NCBI RefSeq assembly: GCF_963921235.1
Contig: NC_086116.1
Coordinates: forward strand, 57,226,001-57,290,000
Origin: Mobula hypostoma
Taxonomy: Eukaryota
Direction of reading: 5' to 3'
Length of the DNA: 64,000 bases
The notes below the pieces were generated by a model. That model was not told where the DNA came from. It searched no databases and saw only the letters and a list, made by a program, of their open reading frames with translations. Every line of letters begins with the position of its first letter. Position 1 is the stretch's first letter. A program made the translations under genes and the position numbers. Positions 39,742 through 51,700 of the stretch are shown in pieces.

Positions 39742-42700
39742 GTATGAAACCCATGAATGGTACTTCAGTCAGAATGTGAGTTTAGCAAGCCAAAGGAGAC
39801 GGCAGATGCTGGAATCTAGAACAATAGATAGAATGCTGGGAGAACTCAAAGTGTCAAGCGGCATCTGCGGAGGCAAAAGGCACAAGTCAACATTTCAGGT
39901 CAAGGCCCTGTATCAATCCTGATCAGGATTTCAAGCCAAAACTTAGAACTTTTCCTCCACATATAATGTTTGACTAACTGTGTTCTTCAAATTTTCTGTG
40001 CTTGTTTTGACTTTATCAAACTAGGATAGGCATTGCATTTACATTATGGAGCAGACTTGATTGACCAAGTGGCTTAATTCTGTTCCTTTATCGTATACAT
40101 TATGATTTTTTACTATACATGGTAAATAAATGTGGAATGCAACATCTATAAATAGATGAAAACAGAATGATGCAATTCTATTGTTTCTAATGTTGTTTGA
40201 ATTTAATTTGCTCAATGATATTGATATGGGTTACAAACACGGATTTTTGCAATTTCCCTTTTAATTCTAAACAAGCTTGAATATCAGCAGTTGTGTTTTA
40301 GTTTTCATAAGCCAACTGTATCAAATATATACTTAATAGTTTCCTTTACTGGAGTTTAAACTGATTTTGTTGTCATGTTTATGTTTTGTTTTGTAGCATA
40401 TCATAACCATTTGTGAAAAGTTGATTTAAGCATTCCAAAACTTGCAGAATTCTGTTGATCCATAAAAAATAAACTTATGATCTCAGATGCTGCAATTCTT
40501 TGCACCCATGTCACTTGAATCCTCATTACCGTTATGTTGTTTGTTTTAATGTTGTGATCTCTCACTAAATTACCATTACAGTCTCAGTTCATAGAGAGGC
40601 TGCGGCAAATATCCCCCCCCCCCACCCCTGCCACCATTCCATGCTTTGAAATATTGTTACATGGTACTAATGGATCTTGTGAAAGACTCCAATGCTGCAC
40701 ACAAGATTTATATTTTGAACACAGAGCTGTTATATGGTATTTGAATGCCATATACTTAAATCCATTCATGTACATTTTTAAAACATGCAGAACCAGCTTT
40801 AAATCTGTACTCCAATTACAGATGAAAGTGTGATATGTTACGAGCAACTTACAGCAATTTTTGCTTGACTTAGACATTTAACGTGTTAATCACTCAAATG
40901 AAAATGTCAGAAGTGGTTAGCATGCACACTCACATTTAGTTTGATCATTGCAGCGGAAGACTTTAACTTTGAAACATGTCACTTTCTTACTCTGTTTTCT
41001 AAGCTGTACACAGGTTTAATCAGGATTTACAGCAACCAGGTGCTCTTACTGTTCCAAAAGGAAACTCTATCCTTTTAAATTGCTCCTATTCCATGTGGAA
41101 GCTATCAAAATACCAAGTTTCGTGGACTTTCTCCAATGACGGGTCACGCACTTCAAAGATAATTGCAAACTTAACATCCATTAATCCTTGGGTGTCACAT
41201 TCTCGATATTGTGTAAGGCACAATTCTACACTGAAGACCTTCACCTTAACAATTACTGACGTTCAAGTCAGTGACAATGGAATCTACTTCTGTAAGGTGT
41301 TTCGGAAGGCACCACCACCAAACTTTAGAGCACAAGGAAATGGCACCCTGCTGAGTGTAACTGGTAATTTTTAAAAATTTTAATTATTCTTTTATAGTAT
41401 TATTTGGAAAATTAATGCAAATTCTCACAATAATTTTGAGATAACAGTAAAAAAAGAAACATTAGAAAGAGGAGGTTGGGCAGAATACGTAGAAAAAGAA
41501 ACAGAATTAATGTTAATGTCCTTTTCTCAGAACTGGGAAAATTTAGAAATCAAGTATGATTTATATTGCAGAGTTGGGGAGGAGTACAACACATGAATGA
41601 AACTGTGAAGAGAGGTGCAGCTACAAACCAATGCCAATTAGTTTACTCCTACAATTAAAATGGGGCAAAGATGTTGCTTGAGGTCTTACATTTTTTATTT
41701 TACTTTGATGAAGCTCACTTTCCTCAGTATGGAACAGAGACTGTAGAACAGTACAGCGGAGGGACAGGTCCGTCGGCCCACAATGTAATGCTGAACCAAC
41801 TAAACCCCACACAATGTCCATTCTCTGCTCATACATGTGCCTATATAACAGCCTGTTCAATGCCTCTATCACATTTGCCTCCACTACTATCGATGATGGC
41901 ACATCCAGGCACCCACCAACATCTTTGTACCACAAAAATTTTTTGAACTTTTGAAATTAACCTTCTCAGTTTAATGTGTGCCATCTAGTATTAGACATCT
42001 CAACCCTTGGAAAAAACTATGCAGCTGTCTACACTATCTGTACCTTGCATAATCTCATAAAATTCTATCAGTTCTCCGCTCAGTGTTGCCACTCCAGAGA
42101 AAACAACCTAAGTTTGTCCAACATCTTGCTTTAGCAGACTAATTGTGCTGCACCCAGATTGACAATGAGATCCATTGAAGTTCCAAAATTCTGCAAAAAG
42201 AGGAAGCACGTCAGGATCAGGCACAGTCAAGCCTTAAAACCAAACTTGGCCAGAGTTCTGTCATAAGAACTGAATTGACATAAGGATTACAAAATATTTT
42301 GCTTTGAATTTACATTCAGTGGCCACTTAGTTAGGTACCTCCTGTGCCTGATACAGTGATCACTGAGTGTATGTTAGTGGTCTTCTGCTGCTCTAGCCCA
42401 CCCACTTCGAGGTTAAGAGATAGTGTTCTGCACATCACTGTTGTAATATGTGGTTATTTGAGTTACTGTCGCCTTCCTATCAGCTTGAACCAGTCTGGCC
42501 ATTCTCCTCTGCCCTCTTTCATTAGCAAGGTGTTTTTGCCCACAGGCTGCCGCTCACTGGATGTTTTTTGTCTCTGGCACCATTCTCTGTAAATTCTCAA
42601 GACTGTTGTGCATGAAAATGTCAGGGCAAAAGCAGTTTCTGAGACACTCAAACCATCCTGTCTGGCACCAACACTAATTCCACGCTCAGTCACTTAGATT

Positions 42701-45700
42701 ACATTTCTTCCCCATTCCGATGTTTTGTCTGAACAACAACTGAACCTCTTGATCATGTCTGCATGCTGTTATGCATTGAGTTGCTTGCACATGATTGGCT
42801 GGTTGGATACTTGCATTGACGAGTAGATATACAGGTGTACCTAATAAAGTGGCCACTGAGCGTATTGGAAGAAAGAGCTAAATTGCCATAATGATTACGT
42901 AATGATTTCAAAATAATTGGCTTTGAATTTGGAACACACCACAAGTTTGTTTATGTATGAGAGCTATGACCGTTTTGTTTATAGCATTTAATCCCCATAT
43001 TTCCTCATGAATGACAAGCATTGGGTATTCTTTATGTTGTATTTTGCTGCTGGAAATGGAAATTCTTTTTCAATATTTAATTGTCACTTTACTGTCTCAT
43101 TGTCAATATGTGCTTACTGGCCAAGTTAGGAACTTCTGGAGCTGATTTGATGATAGAGGAATAAAAAGGGAAATCATAACAAACGTATTTTTTTGAATTA
43201 GAATCTACAAAAACCAAGCGATTTATTTATGCTCTACAGACAAAAGAAAATGAAAGTAGATTTGTATTTACTCAAGGCTGTTGCAAACTCTTCTTGTCCA
43301 CTGTTTTAGATAGACAAACAGGGCACTTTGACCCATTTCGTCCCTGCAGTTAAAATAATCACTTGAATTTGTATTAAATCACATCTCTGAATGGGAGTAT
43401 TGTAACATTCTGAATTCATTTGTTGGTTGTGGTATTGTATGAGAAAACTATGCTTCACTTACATGACACAAGAGGAAAGAGCAAATTTGAAAAAGGTGAT
43501 GCAACCAAAGGAAAAGTAACAAGATCAAAACCCAGAGACACAGAAGCCCAAATAAAGGTTGTTTGAGTGAAACAGATTAAACATATGGCAGCAGAGATTG
43601 TTTTGGAATTGGGCTGAAAATGCAAGTGTCAAGGCAGACGGCAGTGCTTACAGAATTGACACAGTGGCAGGGATAAGATGGCTGAGCCAAGATTGAATGG
43701 TTCAGAATGGAGGACAGAGCAAAACTTTACATTTAAAGTTGTAAAATGATACTTATTACATTGGGAAAAAAGCACCAAGACATTGGTTAGGCAAAAATGA
43801 AAACATTCAAATATTCTGTATATAATGTTCATAAATCATAACAGAAAATCTGTATTTATAATTAGAAATGTTCACATAAGAAAATATGAAGTTGTTTTAG
43901 TACCTTTTAAATCCTGATAGCTCAGACATATGATATGTTCAAAGTAAATTTATTATCAGACTATGTATATGTTACCATAAACTACCTTGAAATTCATTTT
44001 CTTGCATTGAAGTCACATGAGGCTGTACAGTTGTAGAGTCCGTATGTTATAGAATGAGTTCAGAATGGTTGTGAATGAAGTTCTCCACCCTTCCTCGGCA
44101 GCCCATGTCACATGAGAATGATTTTATTACTAATTTATGTTTCTGCCTTATTTTTTACATCCAGCTCATCCTTCTCTTTGCATCTTCAAATCTTCTAATG
44201 AGGTTGCTTCTTCGTCTTCAGTTATCACATGTTTAGTACACGGATTTTATCCAAATAATATTACATGGCGGATATTGCCAACATGTCTCAGCGAACAGGT
44301 CATCATTACAAGTTATTTAACCAATCCCAATGGAACTTATAACTACACAATAACTGTGAACATCTCCACTGAAAATTGCATCAATTCCACTGAATTCACT
44401 TGTGTAGTTCAACACCCAGCATCACAGACCAAGATCAATGCTACTATCCTCATTGTGGTGCATGTAGGTACTCAAGGTAGGAAGCAATCCATTCAACTAT
44501 GTTGAAGAAGAACATTTCATTAGAAATAAACAAAGTAGATATAAATAATGAAGACCAGTTTAGTTTGTTCTTTTTTATAATTAAGCTGTTTTTATAATTC
44601 TACTTTGTAACAAGGAACACTTTAATTTTCTGAATAGTTCATTGTCGTATTCCCATGTGCTCTTTTCTCAGAGCAATCAGAATCAGATTTAATATCACTG
44701 GTATATATTGTGAAATTTGTTGCTTTAGAGGGGAGCTTCCATGCCTCAATGTTGGCTGGAGTCAGGGCTTTATGCTTTAGCTCTTGGTTGGGTCACCCAT
44801 GCCAAATAGGTCAAAGGGTAGAGGCCAGACTAAGAGTGGTCTATCGGTTGTCAGGTTCAGGGATTTAGCTCAGGGCTAATAACCCAGATTGGTAAAACAA
44901 AATTGTTACAGAAACAGCAATGAAGAATCCTCCTACATCTGAGTGCAATGGTATTCCTGAGTCTCCACCCGGGACTTGCATGACTGATAGCAATGAAAAC
45001 TGAGTGGAAGCTACTGACATGATGAAGGAAGCCCTGAAAACCTCCAGAGATGGTGGACCTTCTTTGCTGCCCTAAATGCTAGCAGTGTAATGGGCAGTAA
45101 GTAAAGTAAATATTCACCTCTGCTTTTTTTTATAAATTACAATAAGAGATATGTATATGTGTAAATTAAATAAATAGTGCAAAAGGTGAGAGAAATAAAA
45201 TGAATGGTGGCCGATTAGGAAAAGGGGAGGTGCAACGAGACCTGGGTGTCATTGTACACCAGTCATTGAAAGTGGGCATGCAGGTACAGCAGGCGGTGAA
45301 AAAGGTGAATGGTATGCTGGCATTCATAGCAAGAGGATTCGCGTACAGGAGTAGGGAGGTCCTACTGCAGTTGTACAAGGCCTTGGTGAGACCACACCTG
45401 GAGTATTGTGTAATGTGGATGAGGCATCTGCTGTCAGGATAAGGCTTTTCATTCCAGGACGAGGGAGATGTCCTCCTTTTTTAAAGAAAGGGGCTTCCCT
45501 TCCTCCACTATCAACTCTGCTCTCAAACGCATCTCCCCCATTTCACATACATCCGCTCTCACTCCATCCTCCCGCCACCCCACTAGGAATAGGGTTCCCC
45601 TGGTCCTCACCTACCACCCCACCAGCCTCCGGGTCCAACATATTATTCTCTGTAACTTCCGCCATCTCCAACAGGATCCCACCACTAAGCACATCTTTCC

Positions 45701-48700
45701 CTCCCCCCACCCCGCTTTCTGCAGGGATCACTCCCTACGCGACTCCCTTGTCCATTCGTCCCCCCCATCCCTCCCCACTGATCTCCCTCCTGGCACTTAT
45801 CCTTGTAAGCGGAACAAGTGCGACACATGCCCTTACACTTCCTCCCTTACCACCATTCAGGGCCCCAAACAGTCCTTCCAGGTGAGGCGACACTTCACCT
45901 GTGAGTCGGCTGGGGTGATATACTGCGTCCGGTGCTCCCGATGTGGCCTTCTATATATTGGCGAGACCCGACGCAGACTGGGAGACCGCTTTGCTGAACA
46001 CCTACGCTCTGTCCGCCAGAGAAAGCAGGATCTCCCAGTGGCCACACATTTTAATTCCACATCCCATTCCCATTCTGACATGTCTATCCACGGCCTCCTC
46101 TACTGTAAAGATGAAGCCACACTCAGGTTGGAGGAACAACACCTTATATTCCGTCTGGGTAGCCTCCAACCTGATGGCATGAACATCGACTTCTCTAACT
46201 TCCGCTAATGCCTCACCTCCCCCTCGTACCCCATCCGTTATTTATTTTTATACACATATTCTTTCTCTCACTCTCCTTTTTCTCCCTCTGTCCCTCGAAC
46301 TATACCCCTTGCCCCCCCTTGTCTTTCTCCCCGGACCTCCTGTCCCATGATCCTCTCATATCCCCTTTGCCAATCACCTGTCCAGCTCTTGGCTCCATCC
46401 CTCCCCCTCCTGTCTTTTCCTATCATTTTGGATCTCCCCCTCCCCCTCCCACTTTCAAATCTCTTACTAACTCTTCCTTCAGTTAGTCCTGACAAAGGGT
46501 CTCGGCCTGAAACGTCGACTGTACCTCTCCCTAGAGATGCTGCCTGGCCTGCTGCGTTCACCAACAACTTTGATGTGCGTTGCCTGGAGTATTGTGTGCA
46601 GTTTTGGTCCCCTAATCTGAGGAAAGGCATCCTTGCCATAGACGAGTACAAAGAAGGTTCACCAGATTGATTCCTGGGATGGCAGGACTTTCACATGATG
46701 AAAGACTGGAACGACTAGGCTTATACTCTCTGGAATTGAGAAGATTGAGGGGTGGATCTGATTGAAACGTATAAAATTCTAAAGGGATTGGACAGGCTAG
46801 ATGCAGGAAGATTGTTCCCGATGTTGGGGAAGTCCAGGACGAGGGGTCACAGTTTGAGGATAAAGGGGAAGCCTTTTAGGACCGAGATTAGGAAAAACTT
46901 CTTCACACAGAGAGTGGTGAATCTGTGGAATTCTCTGCCACAGGAAACAGTTGAGGCCAGTTCATTGGCTATATTTAAAAGGGAGTTAGATATGGCCCTT
47001 GTGGCTAAAGGGATCAGGGGGTATGGAGAGAAGGCGGGTACAGGGTTCTGAGTTGGATGATCAGCCATGATCGTACTGAATGGCGGTGCAGGCTTGAAGG
47101 GCCAAATGGCCTACTCCTGCACCTATTTTCTATGTTTCTAAAAACAGTGAAGTCATCTACATGAGTTCATTGTCCATTCAGAAATCTTCTGGTGGAGGGG
47201 CAGAAGTTCCACTCTTCCTAATTTATGACACCAATGGTTGCTGGAAGGGAGAAGGAAATAAAGTTGTGTTTACTTGTGGAAATAGGCAAGAACTTATAAT
47301 TGTGGGATAGTGATCAAAATTAGAGTTCATATTCTAAACACCTGGTATATGCCTCTTTCATATTTGCCCCCACTACCACCTCTACCAACATATTCCAAGT
47401 ACAGTACCCACATTCAGAGAGCTCAGCACTTGGAGCCCAAGATCGCTCTGTACATCGATACTTTTTACCATGAGCAGTATACTGTCTTCCAGAATGCAAC
47501 ACCTCACATTTGGCTGGGTTGAACTCCATCTGCCACTTCTCTGCCTATATCTGTAACTGATCTATGTCCCACTTTGGCAATCCTTTCTATACCATCAATC
47601 ATAGTGAACTTACTAACCCATGCAGCTACATTTCCATCCAGGACATCTATACATATCACAGACTTATTCTCAGAGTAACTCCCATCGACCACTACCCTCT
47701 GTCTTCTCTGGGCAAGCCAATGCTGAATCCAAATGGCCAAGTCACCATGGATCCCATTCATCTCAATCTTCTGGATGAGCCTGCCATGAGGGAACTCAAT
47801 AAATGTCTTACTAAAATCCATCAGACACCATCCACAGCCTTATTTTCATCAATTACCTCTGTCACACCTCGAAAAAACCCGATCATGTTAATAAGTCACA
47901 ACTTGCCCTGCACAGAGCCATGCCGTCTGTCCTTAATTAGGCTGCAGTTTTCTAAATGCTCATATATTCTATCCCACAGAATCTTCAACAATACCTGTGG
48001 TACCACTGACTTGAGATTATCCTTATACTGTATCAAAGTTCAATGTTCAAAATAAATTTATTATCAAAGTACATATATATCACCCTTGAGATTCATTTTT
48101 TGTGGGCATACTCAATAATTCCACAGAATAATAACCTTAACAGAATCAATGAAAGACTGCATCAACCAATGTGCAGAAGATAACTAACAGTGAAAATACA
48201 AAAAGAGAGAAATAATAATAATAAGTAAATAAGCAATAAATATTGAGAACATGAGATGAAGAGTCCTTGAAAGTGCATCTATTGGCTGTTGAAACATTTC
48301 AATGATGGGGCAAGTGAGGCTGAGTCAATCCCTTCTTAAATAATAAATAAAGTTAGCTACTCACCAATCTTCTGGTACCTCACCTGTGGCTAGAGAGGCA
48401 ACAGATCTTGGTCAAAGCCCCAGAAATCTCATCCCTTGCATCTTTCATTAACCTGGAGTATATCTCATCTGAACCTGGAATACTGATCCAACTTAATTTT
48501 CTTTGAGACACAACACCACTTCTTTCTTTATCTCAAAATGCTGTAGCATAATAGTACACTCCACACTTATTCCACTACCCTCCATGTCCTTCTCCTTGGT
48601 AATGCCCATCTTCTGTGGGCAAGCCAGTTCTGAATCCATGCAGATAAGTTTCCATGGATCCTATGTCTCCTGAATTTCTGAATGAGCCCACCATGGGGAA

Positions 48701-51700
48701 CCTTGTCAAATGCCTAATAAGCATCCATATACAACATATTCACTGCTCTATCTTCATCAATTTGTTTTCTCACTTCCTCAAAGCATTCAATCAGGCTCAT
48801 GAGGCACAACCTGCCCCTCACAAAGCCTTGCCCACTATCCATAATCCTGCCAAAGGGTTTTGGCCCGAAACAGCAACTGTACTTCTTTCAAAATATCTGA
48901 TATTGATGCTGCCTGGATCCTCCATTATTTTGTGCATGTTATCCCTAATCAAACTATTTTTCTTCAAATGCTGGTAAATCCTGTCTCTTAGAATCCTCTC
49001 CAATCGTTTGCCCACCACTGATGTAAGACTTACTGGTCTATAATTCACAGGATTATCCCTATAACCTTTCTTGCAAAAATGAACAACATTAGCCACTCTC
49101 CAGCCTTCTAGTACTACTCCTGTGGCCAGAGTGGATGCAGAGCTGCAGCAATATCTTCCCTCTCTTCCCATAGTAACTTGGGGTATATCCTCTCTGGCCC
49201 TGGGAATTTATCTGTCCTAAAAGTTCCAGCACATCTTCTTTCTTGTCAATGTGAAGAAAGCATATTAGCCTGTAACAAGTATACTCTTTGTCTGCTTGGA
49301 GAAGGAATGACTGAACAAGTCACAGCAGCAGCAACCAGGTCAGTGACCCTGTGCCTGGATCTGAGGTTCAGTGGGAAAGGTAAAGTTGGGCAGAACAATT
49401 GTGATTGGAGACTTGATAGAGAGACAAATGGGAAATTCTGGGTTGCAAACAAAATGTCTGATATTAATTGTCTAATATTGTTCATCAAAAGGTTTAGATG
49501 GAGCAGACTGCCCCTGTGGCTCCTCTGACTGAATAAAAGCCTTTCAGTATTTTACCAAACCTCAGTCTTTTGGAGTAATTGAAGGTGTGTGGTGAACCAT
49601 GTATATATGTTGTAACTCAGTTACCTGTCTGAACACACCCCTCTGCTGACTGCCCCTGTGGCTCCTCCCACAGAGTCCTGTATAAAGGTGTTTGCCTTGC
49701 CCCTCCCCCTCAGTCCGGGGGCAGACACTCACTGTGGAGGTCGTATTGTACAGCGAATAAAAGCCTTTCAGTATTTTACCAAACCTCAGTCTTTTGGAGT
49801 AATTGAAGGTGCTTCAATTTTATTCGTTGTACGTTTTAAAACATGGAACAGGCCCTGAGACCAGAAAAATTAGACCTCAATCCGCTAACACCTGAAGCTG
49901 GAAACGCTTTCGAACTCTGGCTGGCCTGCTTCGAAGCGTATCTAGAGGAGATTAAAGCGACCGACCCCGTAGCGAAGCATAGAGTTCTACTCTCCAGGGT
50001 CAGTCCACGGGTCTATTCGCTGATCAGAGACCAGCCGAGCTACGATGACGCAATGAACACACTCAAAAGACAATACCTGCGGCCGATAAACAGCGTCTAT
50101 GCTCGGCACCGTTTAGCGACACGGCAACAACGCCCCAGGGAATCGAGTGCTGAGTTTGTCCGGGCCCTACAGACGCTCGTGCGAGCCTGCAATTGCCAGG
50201 AGCTGACGGTGGCGCAGCATGCAGAACTCCTAGTGAGAGACGCCTTCGTTACGGGGACCAGGTCAGTGTATGTGCACCAGCGGCTGCTGGAAAAAGCCGA
50301 TCTTACCCTAAATTCGGCGATCGAGCTGGCTGATACGTTGGAGGCCACTCTGCATAACTCCGAGGCTCTCCAGGCACGCGATCCCCTGATGGCCTCGTGG
50401 GTGCCGCAGACCCCGCAACCTGCCGGCGAATCGACCTCGGCTGCCGCCAGTTGTGAGTCCCCTGGAGAAGCACCCCCGGAAACGCTGCGCGGCCCGACAA
50501 GCTACCTGCTCCAGCTGCGGAAAGAAGGGCCACTTCACCAAGGTCTGTAAGTCAAAACTGCGAGCGGGATCGAGCAGTGCCGTGTGCGAGACGTGGGGGT
50601 CACCATCGTCCCTTCACACTGCCGCCACGTGTGAGACATGGGGGCCGCCATCTTCCCTGCACACTGCCACCACGTGCGAGACATGGGGGCTGCCATCTTG
50701 CCTGCCGCCATCTTCCCTGCACGCCACCACCACGTGTGAGACATGGGGGCGGCCATCTTGGTCGGCGCCACCTCCCACCGCCTACAACCAACGGGTGCTC
50801 ACGGAGCACCCCACCATGCCGGATCAAGACAGCGACCCCACCCTGGCTTCTGTGACCCTCGACCAAAGCGCTCCCCACCAGCTCGCAAGGTCAATGATGG
50901 ACATCCTGGTGGAGGGGCACAGGACAAGCTGCCTGTTTGACACAGGCAGCACAGAGAGTTTTATCCACCCGGCCACGGTGCAGCATTGCAGACTCGTGAT
51001 ACGGCCAGTAAGTCGGAGGGTCACCATGGCCTCCGGGTCGCATACAACAGACATCCCGGGGGGTTGTGTAGTGACACTAGTGGCGCAGGGCCAAGAATAT
51101 TGGGACTTTACGTTACTGGTCTTGCCTCAACTGTGTGCCCCTGTGCTGTTGGGGTTGGACTTCCAGAGCCACCTGAAAAGCGTGACAATGGAGTATGAAG
51201 GGCCCCTCCCACCAATCAGTGTCGGAAATCCTCAGTTTTGTAGGAATACGTCACATACCCCGCTACTGACCACACACACACACACACCCGCGCATCCCAC
51301 CCAACACCATGCCAACTGCCACACTACCGACACCACTTGCGGCCTCTCCACCCTCAGGATCCCTCCCCCACTGCTGTTCGCCAACCTGACCCCCGACTGT
51401 AAACCCATGGCAACTAAAAGCAGGAGGTACGCGTGGGGGGACCGAGCTTTCATTAAGTCGGAGGTGCAGCGGCTGCTCAGGGAGGGGGTCATTGAAGCGA
51501 GCACAAGTCCTTGGAGGGCGCAGGTGGTGGTTGTTCGGAACAGGGAGAAGAATAGGATGGTCGTGGACTATAGCCAGACCATCAATAGGTTCACGCAGCT
51601 CGACACGTACCCTCTACCCCGCATTGCAGATATGGTCAATCAGATAGCACAGTACAAGGTGTACTCGACCATAGACCTGAAATCCGCTTACCATCAGCTC

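Larger units (their letters stand above)
45195..47140 (+). mobile_element. CR1 3' part hosting the Penelope insertion (intron 3)
   Basis: LYKALVRPHLEYCV|QFWSPNL continuity across the PLE, and a CR1 tail. Confidence 0.85.

Noticed and set aside
41014-41014. Alternative V-exon acceptor cacag|gttt
   Set aside because: It gives phase 2, incompatible with the phase-1 leader, and has a weaker pyrimidine tract than the site at 41003.
41340-41450. Rearranging V segment with RSS
   Set aside because: No CACAGTG heptamer or ACAAAAACC nonamer seen at the V 3' end; the J-like strand is in the same exon and is followed by a splice donor.
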